Shown piece after piece: positions 39,350 to 50,849 of a stretch of 64,000 bases of DNA; within the stretch, counting starts at the first letter, position 1; every line of letters begins with the position of its first letter. Where the stretch lies: positions 1 through 64,000 of the forward strand of contig NW_021834409.1 in assembly GCF_006345805.1 (NCBI RefSeq), given 5' to 3'. The notes beneath the pieces were generated by a model. It was not told the DNA's origin, did no database searches, and saw nothing but the letters and a program-made list of their open reading frames with translations. The DNA is from Octopus sinensis (Eukaryota). The translations under genes and the position numbers were made by a program.

Positions 39350-41705
39350 TATCTATTATTATAAAGCACTTTCGGAAAAGTCATAAGTTAATTAAGCTTT
39401 CCTTGTGCCACCATTGAAATTCTCCCGGTCATGCGTCTCCAGGCTCTCCGTCAGTTGCGATCGTCCTGAGTGAGTCGAGATCATCGCCATTTTTCAGTTT
39501 TTTATTAATTCCAGCTAGATCTTCATTTAGCGTGGTAGCCAGAGTGACCCTGGGTCTTCCACGGAAGTCTCCTTTGGAATGGGCAAAGTAGTTTTCCATC
39601 GCGATATTCGGCGGAGTGAGGCTGTCAAGTCTTAATATGTGTCCAAAGAGTCGCCATCTGGACTCCAGGATGTCCATAGAGATCGGTCTCGAATTGCATC
39701 TTTTGTATAGGGTGGAATTTGCTATTTTCCTTGAGAATTGCATGTTTATCACTCTTCTCAGTTGGTTCCGATGAAATCGGTCCAAATTGTTCATATCGGT
39801 CTTACTGATTCCCCACGTCGATCCATTGTACATTAGGACTGGGACAACAAATGTGTTGTATATTTTAAGTTTTGTCTTTGATTTAGCTTCTTTAGGCGCC
39901 AGATGTTCATAAACTTATTGTATGTGGCAATTGATAGTATTTTTCTGTGCATAATGTCTTCAGAGTCCCCTAAGAGAGATCCGACTTTTTTTTGTCTTCT
40001 CCAGGGCTCATCATGAGTTCGTTCAGATCGAATAAATTTCGTATGTTCAGTTTTATTGTGGTTGATTGTTAGAAACCATTTGGAAAAAATATCTGGTAAT
40101 GTTTCGATAATAAATCGAAGGGTTTCAGCATCATCAGATACGAAGTCGACATCATCAGCATATATTATTTCGTTGTATTTAGTGTTGTCCACAAGAGGCC
40201 GAAAGTCTCTGAGTGCTGCCTCTAGGTAGACGATAAAGAGAACTGGGGACAGCGAATCGCCTTGTGGTATGCCCCGTGATGTGTAGAAATAGTTTGACAC
40301 ATTTTTACCAAGTTTGGTTGCTAATTGAGTGTTCTGAAGAAGAATTAGGATTATTCTGATGTCGTCATGATTTAAGAAGGTCATAAGTATTTCCACAAGT
40401 TTAGTTCTGTGAACAGAGTCGAATGCTCTGGACATATCGATGCCGAGTATTTCAGTGCAATGTTTATATTTTTGGCATGTGGCAGCTGTCCATCTGTGAG
40501 TCCAGATCACATCAGCAGTGGACCTGCCAGTTCTAAAGCCACTTTGTCCCGGTGACAGAAAGTTTTCCACCTTGGTTCTTATCCTCTCTAATGCGATCAA
40601 CGACAGTGTTTTCCGAAGCGTCGTTAGCAAAATAATAGGTCTTAGGCTGGATAGGGGTCCTTTTTGTTTTCCAGGTTTCTGTAGAGGAATTAACCATCCT
40701 TTGCCGAGGTCTAATGGGTTGTTCTGCTCAAATGCCTTGTTCAGGATATTTGCAGCGATTTCAGCAAACTTCATTGGCGCATATTTTACTAGTTCAGGTG
40801 GGATATTGTCCGGTCCCCCAGACCTGCCGGTTTTCAGTTTCTTCATTGCCTCCAATATTTCGTAAGTGGTTAATGGGGAACTTAGTGCCCCTACAGTATA
40901 TGGGTAGGGTTTGTATCCTGATTCATCCTCCCAGTTAAGCATTTTGTAGTAGTATTCAGATATAGCCTCTACCTTACTCTTGTTGTCAATGATAGCCGCT
41001 TCCGTGGTGTCCCAGACAGTGATCGAATTTTGCCTCTTTTTTTTGCTTAGCAGCCTCATTGCCATGAACATTTTCGTGTCGTCCTTTTGTTTTGTTATGT
41101 GTTGAAATTGCTCTTCTGTTTCTTTGTACACTAGCAATTTCTGTGTTTTCTTGATGTTTAGTAATATCATGTTCCGTAATTTTCGGAGTTCTCTTATTTT
41201 TTTTGGGTTGCTGGAGTTTTGTATTTTTAACCTCAAGGTTTTCTGCTTTTCTGAGAGGGAGCAAATCTCGTTATCGTGAAATTTGTGTTTTTTTCGAGTG
41301 AGTCCAACAACATTTACAGCTGTCTTCTTCATTGCACTGGTCACTGCATCCCAAATCGCATTTGCAGGTTTTGTTGTGTCAATATTGTCGAGTTCTTCCT
41401 GTAGTTTGTCTGCATAGTTCTGTTTGAGTTTTTCATCACGGAATAATTCAAGATTATAGCTTTCTTGTTCATCATGCGTAAGTTTTTTCAGTTTGTTGTA
41501 TGTCTTGTACAGTCCGATGCTAGTGATTACTAGTTTGTGGTCACTATTTGTCTCCAGTCCCCCGTATGAACGTGAATCCACAAGTAGATGTTTATGGGCA
41601 GCTTTGCAGAGGATGTAGTCTATTTGATTGAATATAGGTATGTAATTTCCATTTGAGTCCGTTCTGGTTCCAGTCCATGTTGTTTTGTGCCTGGCTGGAT
41701 GACGG
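39350..41705 (-). mobile_element. 5'-truncated RTE-like LINE inserted in the Ginger integrase
   Basis: 582-aa ORF 39833-41581 (IDMSRAFD, IPQGDSLSP, YADD) plus 39429-39833. (TAA)n tail; ATAGAT on both flanks. Confidence 0.9.
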
Positions 41706-41969
41706 ATCTATATCTCCAATCTAGGATTTAAAAAAGTTAAAACTTTTAAGGGTCGCGCAAATTTACAAATTTCACAGTTTCGAATGACTTTTTGAATAAT
41801 CTCATTTTTAACTGTGAAATATCGTTGTCGACATTCATACTCAATTTTGTTAACTCCTCCATGCGAGAAGTCATGCAAACTTTTAGCAACGATCTCCATT
41901 TCGGGTTCATTGTCTAGACAAATCACTAGCTTGTGATCTGAATTAGCACATTTAAGATACAATCTATAC

Positions 41970-42340
41970 ATTGCTTCCCAGGACTGTCGCAAACCCGGGT
42001 TCCGCCAGTGCGCTGGCTGAAGAGACAAAGATGACGAAATACCGGTGTATTTCGGACGCTTTTGAGTTTGCCCCCCTCGCCTTCGAAACCTCTGGAATCG
42101 TCGGAAAGGCTGCGACTCAACTCCTCACCGCCATTGGTAGAAAAATCTTCACAAAAACAAACGACCGGAGGGAGACGAGCTGGCTGTTCCAGCGAATCTC
42201 GGTTGCTGTGCTCCGCGGAAACTGCCACTCAATACGCAGCGCGGCATCGTTGAGCTGACCCTCAGGCTCTTGACAATTCCCTTAGCCACCCAATTGCTTA
42301 CTGTCAGAAATACAAATTAATTTTATCAAAAAAAAAAAAC
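41970..42340 (+). mobile_element. CRE-like 3' fragment
   Basis: KYRCISDAFEFAPLAFETSG...WLFQRISVAVLRGN, with poly-A near 42328-42339. Confidence 0.85.
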
Positions 42341-43059
42341 TATACATTTACAATTTGTATGATACCTTTCATTAATTACAGTAAAATTTTCAATTTTCTT
42401 AACTAGTCTATATTTTTTTTACTTTGTAAGATGTTCAGGAAATTTATTCTGTAAAGCATCTTTAAAATTTGATATTCCAAAATATTCTTTACATAACCTT
42501 TGTACGAGGACATTGCTGCAAAATATACTTGCACGCTAGAAATAACTCAAGAAATTTAGGTTTTCCACCAAAAAATTAATTTCTGATAATTAAATTCCTA
42601 CAAATATATTTTTTTGTCAAAATGAGAGAGTCTTTAGCTAATTTAGTAAATTATTAAATGATAAAAATGAGTCGCGGTCTAATTAAAAGATTTATAATTT
42701 AATCCCATCAATGTCATAATTGCACATTTCAAGGTCACGTCAGGTATCACGCGGCCCATAGGTATCGCGCAAACCATGTCACATAATATTATTACATAAT
42801 ACTTTTTTGAATAATATTATTTTTGAACACTTGATACTTATCTTTGTGTAATTCCTTCCAAGATTTTTATTAAAACAAAAATTAAAATTGCAAAGTGTCT
42901 ACAAACTTTTCGTGAAAGAGTTGCAAAAAATTTTAAGATAAGCAAAGGTACTATTTCCCGAATAAAAAACATTTCTTCTTTCATTAAGTTTTGGAAGAAA
43001 TAATAACTGAAGTAGTATCTAAAGAAAACGAAGATTAGTCAAAAGTCGCGAATTTTATA

Positions 43060-45790
43060 ATGGAATCGGGACAGAGGACAAAACAACGATATAAGAAACG
43101 TATGGTGGGAGCGAAATATAATGAAAGAAGACTCCAAGACGATGGAAACTCTTCGGATAGTTGGGAGGGATCCCTCTATCTGTTATGGGTGTAATAAGAT
43201 CAACACCAGGAAATGTGGCGTTTACTGTTCAATGTGTAATAAATTCTGGCATATTAGCTGCGCGCACCTTACCAAAGCCGCAGTGAAATTACTCCGGCGC
43301 TGGAGCTGCCACTGTTGTGGCTTTACTCGAAATCGCGGCTTCGCAGCACCAGTCTCCTTCGCTTCATGAACCCAAATCAGAACACTATATTCTCAAAATT
43401 TCCAACTTACGGAAATCTAAGAAGATACCATTACGTATCCCTAAACAGGCTCGGATCTCAGCGGCAAACTGCTTGTGCGATCTTATCACTGATGCGCTAA
43501 GCTCCGGGGGGGACCATTCTTGGATCCGTCTCCTCTCTTTTGCACCTTGTGTGTTTGGACAAGCAATTGATGGTTCAGTACAAAAGAAGAGTCTCTCGGC
43601 TGCCATTAAGTCGAACTCTGCGAGATTGGATGTCTCATGGATTGATTTCGATTGTGAAGCGACCAATTACCAAACGTGCATCACGGAAAAATCCCCCCGT
43701 GGTTCAAAACCCAAGTTAGTCGTAAACTCATGGATGGCGACATCCGTGCGGCAGTTCGGGTCCTTTCGTCCGCTGATTCACTTGCTGAATCTACTGCCGA
43801 GACTTTGGAACACCTCAAAAACAAACATCCGATGCCCCCAGATGACTTACGGGAGTTTCCCACACGAGAGAATGCAATTATACTGTCAATTTCTGATGAT
43901 GAAATTTTGAAGGGATTAAATCTTTCAGACCGAGTAGCAGTGGGGGATTTGATGGTCTCCGGCCGAGTCATATAAAGGACATGATTCCCCGATTGACTAT
44001 GGAGACTGGAATCCGCCTGATCAAGTGTATTACCAAGCTTGTCGAACGGATTGTCAATGCTGAGATTTCAGGCTTTGCAAGGGATCTACTTTTCTGTTCA
44101 CACCTTATTGCTTTCCGAAAGAACGATGGAGGAGTCCGCCCCATTGCAGTCGGTAATGTCTTCCGGAGGCTCGCATGCAAAATTGTAGCCCGAAGAGTCT
44201 GTCCCCGTGTTGCCGCTGAATTATCTCCAGTCCAACTGGGAGTTGGTGTTTCCAACGGATGTGAAGCTGCTGTCCACGCGACAAGAGCTTTTTTTTCACC
44301 TGACACAAGACATTCCCCAATTCCTTTGCGGTGAAGCTGGATATCTCAAACGCGTTCAACAGTCTGAGAAGGGACTGTATGCTGGAATCGTGCTCGCAGC
44401 GTACCCCAGAGATCATGAGTCTGGCTCACCTTGCTTACGGGTCCGAAAGTTCGCTTGTCTTTGACAAACACATTGTCCGTTCACGGACTGGAGTCCAACA
44501 AGGTGACCCTCTTGGGCCCTTACTATTCGCTCTGTCAATCGACGAGGTGGCTCGTAATGTAAAGACACCTCTCAACCTTAGTACCTTGACGATGCCACTA
44601 TTGGTGGCCCTGTTGATGTCGTCTTGGATGAGTTATATAAAATTGTTCCTGCCCTGGCAAAAATGGGGCTGATAATCAACACCAAAAAAACTGAGATCAT
44701 AAATATCTCAGTCCCAATTCAAGACTTTGGCTTAGTATTGGAAAAGATTTCAGAAATCTTGCCAGACACAAAACAAACACGCCTCAACGATGTTTATTTT
44801 CTTGGTGTCCTTTCGGAGAGTCCGAAGTGCAAAACCACCTCAGAGCTAAGAGTGTCGAAATGTCCCGTTTTACTGAACGCCTCTCTCTACTTGACTCCCA
44901 CACGGCCTTTTTCCTCCTCAAAAATTGCATCCACGTGCCCAACTGTTATATTTATTGAGATGCTCGCCCTGCTTTATACAAGATGAAATATTGCATTCTA
45001 TCGATGATACGTTAAGATTGTGTGCCGAGTTGATCCTAAATGTCCGTTTCGATATGATGGGGGTGGACCCAGTGTAAACTACCTCTTAATTCTGGCGGAG
45101 CTGGCCTAAGATCCGCCCTGGACCTTGCCCTCCCAGCTTTCCTGTCCTTTCACTCATCCTGCCGAAGGCTATCCTTGGAGATTCTACATAAATCCCCCGA
45201 ATCTTCTTTGGACAGGCCTTTTGAAGATGGATGTATGCTGTGGAAGGAATCAGGATTAAAATTCCCGATCCAAACATCACTCCAACAGAGCTGGGACAAA
45301 TTACGCTGCGAATTCACCGCAGACAACCTGGCAATGAGGCTCGACCAGCACCGCCTCGCCTGCTTACGCTCTGCAGCTGTGCCACACTGGGTCATGGCTG
45401 AATGCTATGCCAATTGCTGGCCTCGGAACATTATTAGAGGATGACTGCATGCGTATCGGTACTGCACTGAGACTCGGACTTGACATCTGCGAACAACATC
45501 GTTGTAGATGTGGAAAAACGGTTGACGTCAAAGGTGTACACCCACTCTCTTGCAAACGAAGTGCTGGCCGAGCTCCTCGCACTCCGCTATTAACAATGTT
45601 ATCTTAAGAGCTCTTGAGTCGGCGGGCTTCCCTCGATCCTAGAGCCAGTGGGCTTAGATCGTGGAGATGGGAAAAGACCCGATGGAATGACCACTTTTCC
45701 CTACTCCTGTGGAAAATCGTTGGTTTGGGATTCAACGTGTGTTGACACCCATTCCAAAACTAATATGATCTCTTCTGCTGTTTCTCCACG
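43060..45790 (+). mobile_element. Long, frameshifted CRE-like retrotransposon, 3'-truncated
   Basis: PHD-like finger (CYGC...CSMC..WH.SC...WSCHCC); RT motifs (GVRPIAVG, QLGVG, KLDISNAFN, GVQQGDPLGP, YLDD); zinc knuckle and start of the RLE (GKRPDG, WDSTCVDT). Confidence 0.9.
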
Positions 45791-45820
45791 TGCCCAAACT
45801 GTTATATTTATTGAGATGCT

Positions 45821-46010
45821 AATTTTAGGCAAAGGGATGGACCTCAGTAGATCGCCACTATACGTGGCTTTCGTATGTACAGTTCCCATGCCAGTATATG
45901 TCGTTTGCATATAATTTAGCACAAAGCTCAGTGAAAATGCAAGTCAACCTGGTGTAACAACAGTTATTAGTGTTATCAACGACACCAAGCCAGTAGCAGC
46001 ATAAAAGCAT
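45821..46010 (+). other. Possible rhabdovirus nucleoprotein fragment (EVE)
   Basis: MDLSRSPLY...FSTKLSENASQP resembles vesiculovirus N (GLSSKSPY...STRARNARQP). One stop codon; short match judged by eye. Confidence 0.4.
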
Positions 46011-46019
46011 AAATTTGCT

Positions 46020-46190
46020 ATACAAGAGCTTCGAACAATATCGTTGCAGCCAGTCAAGATTCTAACTTAGAGGCGTTCAGTTATTATCTTTCAGACGATA
46101 GCTTCGCACCACTGACTTTTCAGTCAAGTGCATGAACCAAATGTCTGACTCTGCAGTTCATTACGTAATTTGCAGAATTACTGTGGCAAC
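46020..46190 (-). rRNA. 28S: 28S rRNA fragment (3' domain)
   Basis: gattctaacttagaggcgttcag...agcttcgcacc...accaaatgtctga is the reverse complement of conserved LSU 3'-domain sequence. Confidence 0.88.
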
Positions 46191-46196
46191 GAATAA

Positions 46197-47550
46197 ATGA
46201 ATGGGACTGTGAAGACTATGGAAATGACATTGTTGTTGATTGGACAGAGTTTGACTACGACCTAGAAGGCATAGTGAAAGATGTTTTTGACACTACAGTT
46301 GGCTCGAAAGTATTAAAGGAAAGGGACTATAATCTTAACTCTCCAATAATTTTAGATGACCTTGACCTCCTAACTGGTGACACCAAGGCATTGATGAGCC
46401 TCAACCAAGGGAACTTGAGAACTCATTACAATAGCAGGAGACTAAGTGAGTTGATTCCACACAACTCAATTATAAAAAGTGAGAATATACACAAGGTGAT
46501 CTTTGGCAAGGTCATCTCGCACGGTCACACAGAAGGGAATTGCCGAGTGTACAAGTCAAAGATTAGGGACATTGTGATTAGACCATTTAGGAAGAACCAA
46601 AAGTCATTTGAACTGGTGAGAACATTTTACAACTCGTCAATGCAGATGGGGGGCACAGGGGTCTTCGATGACTACATGAAACAGGCGAACGGTAAGCTTC
46701 TCAACCTCACAGAGAACACTGATTTTGTTATTTGGTACAAAGACCTCTTATTTTGGAAGTTGATTACATTGTTAATGAATACTCAAGACAGCGATGAAGT
46801 CACGAATATTTTGAACAATTGTGCATCGATCAAATACCTTGAGGAAATCAAAGAGTTCATCTGTGATCCATCTGGTACGATCACTTTGATTGCAAGGGAC
46901 CAAAGACAGTACGTCATCACGCCGAGTTGTGTATTACTACCTGACCATCAGCTGGTTTTGACACGTTCACTGGTTCTAATGATAAAAGATGTTTTGCAAT
47001 CACGAGTAAACACCTTGATAATCAAAAATGGAACAATTACCAGAGACATGAATCCACATACCAAGTTTTTGATGTGATGGATAGAGCATTCGGGTTCAGA
47101 GATGTGATTTCCCGATCACACAAGATTTTCCAAAATACATTGTATTATTACTCCGATGCACCATTTTTATTCACGATTGACGATGACCTTAAAGGTGTTA
47201 ATTTAACTGAACAAATTGTTTGTTGGAACGGGCAGGCAGGTGGGTTGGAGGGCCTGAGACAGAAGGGCTGGTGTATAGTTTCGCTTTTGATGATACACCA
47301 TGAGAAAGAGAACAAAAGGAATGCATCGGTGAGAATCCTCGCCCAGGGTGATAACCAAATAGTGTGTGCAACATATAGAGTAGCTGGCTACCCTGACACA
47401 CCTGAGTGGGATAATGAAGCTGATAGTATATGCTCACATATCAAAAGGCTGATAGAAGACATCAGGTCAGGTGCCAACAAACTTGGATTGAGAATTAAAG
47501 AAGAGGAAACTTGGGCGTCAACCTCCTTCCTGGTGTATGGGAAAATTACG
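46197..47550 (+). other. L: Endogenous rhabdovirus-like L (RdRp) sequence with a large internal deletion
   Basis: Acidic N-terminus, DYNLNSPII, LMIKDVLQSR; then in a new frame HLDNQKWNNYQR (motif A), GGLEGLRQKGW (B), LAQGDNQ (C), KLGLRIKEEET...YGK (D). Confidence 0.93.
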
Positions 47551-48276
47551 CTTAAAAAATTAAATTCTAATTCTATATGTGCCTCCAATCAAGTGAGCCA
47601 CATATCTCACGTGTTTAAAGTTTGAGAATAGTATGCACCCAATCTGAGCACAGATCTCTAATCATTCGCTTTAACATATGAAACTTTTTACGAACACCAG
47701 CTATCCTGAGAGAAATTTCGGAGAGAACCAGCTACTAGATGGCTCGATTAGTATTTCGCCCCTATACCCAGCTTCGACAATCGATTTGCACGTCAGAACC
47801 GCGATAGACCTCCACCAGTGTTTCCACTGGCTTCATCTTAACCAGGTATAGTTCGCCATCTTTCGGGTCTTAACGCATTAGCTAACACTCCCTAATAAAC
47901 CGTAGTTACAATTAGGGGCGTATGTTGCAGGTTTAACACCCTCACATCCAGTTACTTTCATTACGCCGCATGGAATAACTCCATTAGACTTGCTAATACG
48001 GTAATCTCCTTGGTCCGTGTTTCAAGACGGGTCGGATAGAACACCCATGCATGTTAATCATCCAAAAGCTATCCTCAATACTCACCAACAAGCTGCTAGA
48101 ATCATTACCCTAACAATAAACAGCATACACAGCCATCAAAAGGGCACATTAAAACTAGCAACCAGTTAGAACACTCATTACAGCTGCTTTGCGTCCCAAC
48201 TGTAACGCAAAGCGTCAAGGCTCTATCCGCTTCCTTCTAAACGGTTTCACGCACTTTTAACCCTTTTCTCAAAGTT

Positions 48277-48313
<37 letters not shown>

Positions 48314-48315
48314 AG
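47550..48315 (-). rRNA. 28S: 28S rRNA fragment (5' domain, D2-D5 region)
   Basis: Contains ggtccgtgtttcaagacggg, cttttcaactttccctcacggtacttgttcgctatcg, gaaccagctactagatgg and tttaaagtttgagaatag. Confidence 0.93.
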
Positions 48316-48393
48316 CAGATGCTGCAGAGCAAAGAAAAATTAATATTTTAAACTTTAATAATTACAATGAATGACAGCAATAAAAACAAACGA

Positions 48394-48591
48394 CAAAATA
48401 CCAAAAAATATCAAAATACCAAAAAATATCAAAATACCAAAAAATATCAAAATACCAAAAAATATCAAAATACCAAAAAATATCAAAATACCAAAAAATA
48501 TCAAAATACCAAAAAATATCAAAATACCAAAAAATATCAAAATACCAAAAAATATCAAAATACCAAAAAATATCAAAATACTAAAAAAGAT
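48394..48591. repeat. 18-bp tandem repeat, 11 copies
   Basis: Unit caaaataccaaaaaatat. It accounts for the QNTKKY, KNIKIP and ILIFFG repeat ORFs. Confidence 0.95.
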
Positions 48592-49129
48592 CAAAATAAA
48601 CAAAAATATACTAAATATAATAATTTTAAAATCTAAATGAATGAAGATTAAATAATTGAAAAAATGAATATAAATACACTTGCAAAATAAACTTTATTCA
48701 AGATATTTTACCAGTAATCAGTTTAATTAATCTTCAAACAAATAAAAAAACGAAAATTTTAAAAATACAACATTGATAGCAAAGTAAAATTAAATAAAAA
48801 TTAACAGCACAAACACCAACACAAGAAAATAATATAACGTGGACTTAATGTAATTAATTTATTGTATTTAATTCGATAAATCAAGAACATTTAAAAATAA
48901 TAAATAAAATTTAATTTCACCGTCTATTAGATGAACCAAGCAGTTTGAATGGACCGACTACTTGTATTAAAATAAATGTACTTTTTATAAAATAAATGAC
49001 GATCGAATTATTTTTAAGTTAATGGATAAATCTTTTTCTAATAAAAATTATTGTTACGCATTGCAGCATGGTTTTAGTGAAACTTTTTTTTGCATAAAAT
49101 ACAAAAAATTACCTATATCTTAATTCATA

Positions 49130-49350
49130 TCGCGACAAAAATCTATTTAGAGCAAATAACTTGACTCTGTCAATTGAGAAGTGCATCCTCACTCGACTAT
49201 CAGCAGGAAGAAGTGCAAAAACCTTGCCATACACGATTGACTATATCCGGAAGATCCAATCGTTTTTATTCCTGGGAGTCCAATTTTCTGAAAGTGAAAA
49301 GTGTGAAGAAGACATTATTCTATCGAAAAACGGTGTACACATATGATCAT
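49130..49350 (+). mobile_element. LINE RT C-terminal remnant (L2/CR1-like)
   Basis: FRANNLTLSIEKC...FLGVQFSE. Confidence 0.45.
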
Positions 49351-49519
49351 TTGCCTTATTAAATTTTGCCTACTCGCTGAGACGGTGCTATTCATTTTCC
49401 GAGTAGCAATTCTTCCTGTACTGATGTATGGGCTGAAAGGTGGATCTTGTCCCCTTATAAGGAAAGAATTATTAAACTACTGGAAAAAACGAGTTGATTA
49501 GCGCTCAAGGTGGCCTTTT

Positions 49520-50130
49520 GCGTAAATCTGCGAGTTAAATTACCGAGCTGTCAGGAATCTTTTCCTATGATTGGTCACTTTGTCGAAAGCCAGTTCCGAA
49601 AGTTTGCAGAAAACATGAATAGGTTGAAGTCTTCTCCGGAAGACCGGATAGATTTCTCAATGACCTGCCGTATCTTCGGAGACTTTGGTCTCCGCCCAAC
49701 TTGGGACCGGGCCTCGCGGGGTAAGCCTGTAAGCTAGCTTCAGAGCATAGCGCCGGGTCCTTTCCGCATTTCCTGTTAATTTTCTTAAGATCTTTCGAGT
49801 AGTAACACGCTTTTATCCCGTACAGCAACCTTGATAGGATGGTTGCGTGGAACACGAAGAAAAAACTTCTTGGTCCAGATGCATGCTTCTTAAGAGGCAG
49901 AGAGCTGCGATGGCTTTTGCTCTTTTTTGACATGCAGACAGTAACTCTTCAACATTTGGAATACAAGTAGCGAGTGTGAATATTCCTCTCTGGGTGGACG
50001 GGAATACAAACACTCAGTCACTCCAACCGGACATGCTTATTCACTCACTGCTCCTAAACTTTGTGCCCTCAGTTTTCACGGAGGTTCCACATTTTGGCGG
50101 GAAGGCCTCCCTCCGTGCTTGGCAGAGAAG
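49520..50130 (-). mobile_element. LINE RT C-terminal remnant (L2/CR1-like)
   Basis: NVEELLSACQKR; VFHATILSRLLYGI. Confidence 0.55.
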
Positions 50131-50849
50131 TATTCCCTTCTCTCCCAGAATATAAATACGCTGATTAAATCGCGAATTGTGATTTTCCTTTATATTATTA
50201 AATTAATACAAATATTGCGTAGCCTGTCTTTATTCGGTTTCAGTTCATCACAATTCAAAAAGTAATCAAACATGTTTTTTTCAAATAAATGGAGAACAGA
50301 GACAAAATCCTTTACATTTCAGTTAAAGAAATTGTTGTGAATATGTCCACATCATATACTTGTTTGACATAGCAATATCTTTCGAGCAAAACCACCAAAA
50401 ACACGATCAGTCGACTTGTCCTTTACGAAAAAATGTGGAAGATATTATTAAAAAAATTTATTTTTTTTAAAATCATGAATTGAGAAAGGAAGTGCAAATG
50501 AATGATGTTACTAATTGCAAAACTCTTGCTTCAATCGTTGTTTTTTAATCTTTTAAAAAAATTATTAATTCTATTTTAATCGAACAGACTCCGTCACTAT
50601 AGAAAACAAAATGAATCAAAACAGTTACTTTCCATTATCTACTTTCTAAATTGCAGTAAAAAGTAATTAACAGTTATCGCAAAACTACATTTAAAATTCT
50701 GTTTCTTATTTAGAAATATAAATCGACAAAATTTAGACAAGTCGAATATTATCCATTAACTTAAAATAATTCGATCGTCATTTATTTATTAAAAAATCAT
50801 TTTTATTTTAAAACAAAAAAATTTTAGTTGTTGTGGTGTGTGCATGTAC

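Larger units (their letters stand above)
38809..42783 (-). mobile_element. Ginger-like DNA transposon with TGT...ACA TIRs
   Basis: TIRs of about 60 bp (tgtgacatggtttgcg... / ...gcgcaaaccatgtcaca) and a 5-bp TSD TAATA. Integrase HHCC domain (41740-41950) and core (PNERFQIDLIDL, ILTVIDVYSR|FAF with a 25-nt intron at 39199-39223, QSDNGTEF). Split by an RTE and a CRE insertion. Confidence 0.82.
38658..43000 (+). mobile_element. pogo/Tigger-like element remnant split by the Ginger insertion
   Basis: TA|CAGTCGAACC terminus at 38658. After 42790 an HTH-like piece, VAKNFKISKGTISRIK. Confidence 0.5.

Noticed and set aside
46020-48315. Functional rDNA unit, or R2-type insertion into rDNA
   Set aside because: Only two disjoint 28S pieces are present, with no 18S, 5.8S or ITS, and they are separated by viral rather than R2 sequence.
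48355-48640. ORFs encoding QNTKKY, KNIKIP and ILIFFG repeat proteins
   Set aside because: By-products of an 18-bp tandem repeat that lacks stops in several frames.
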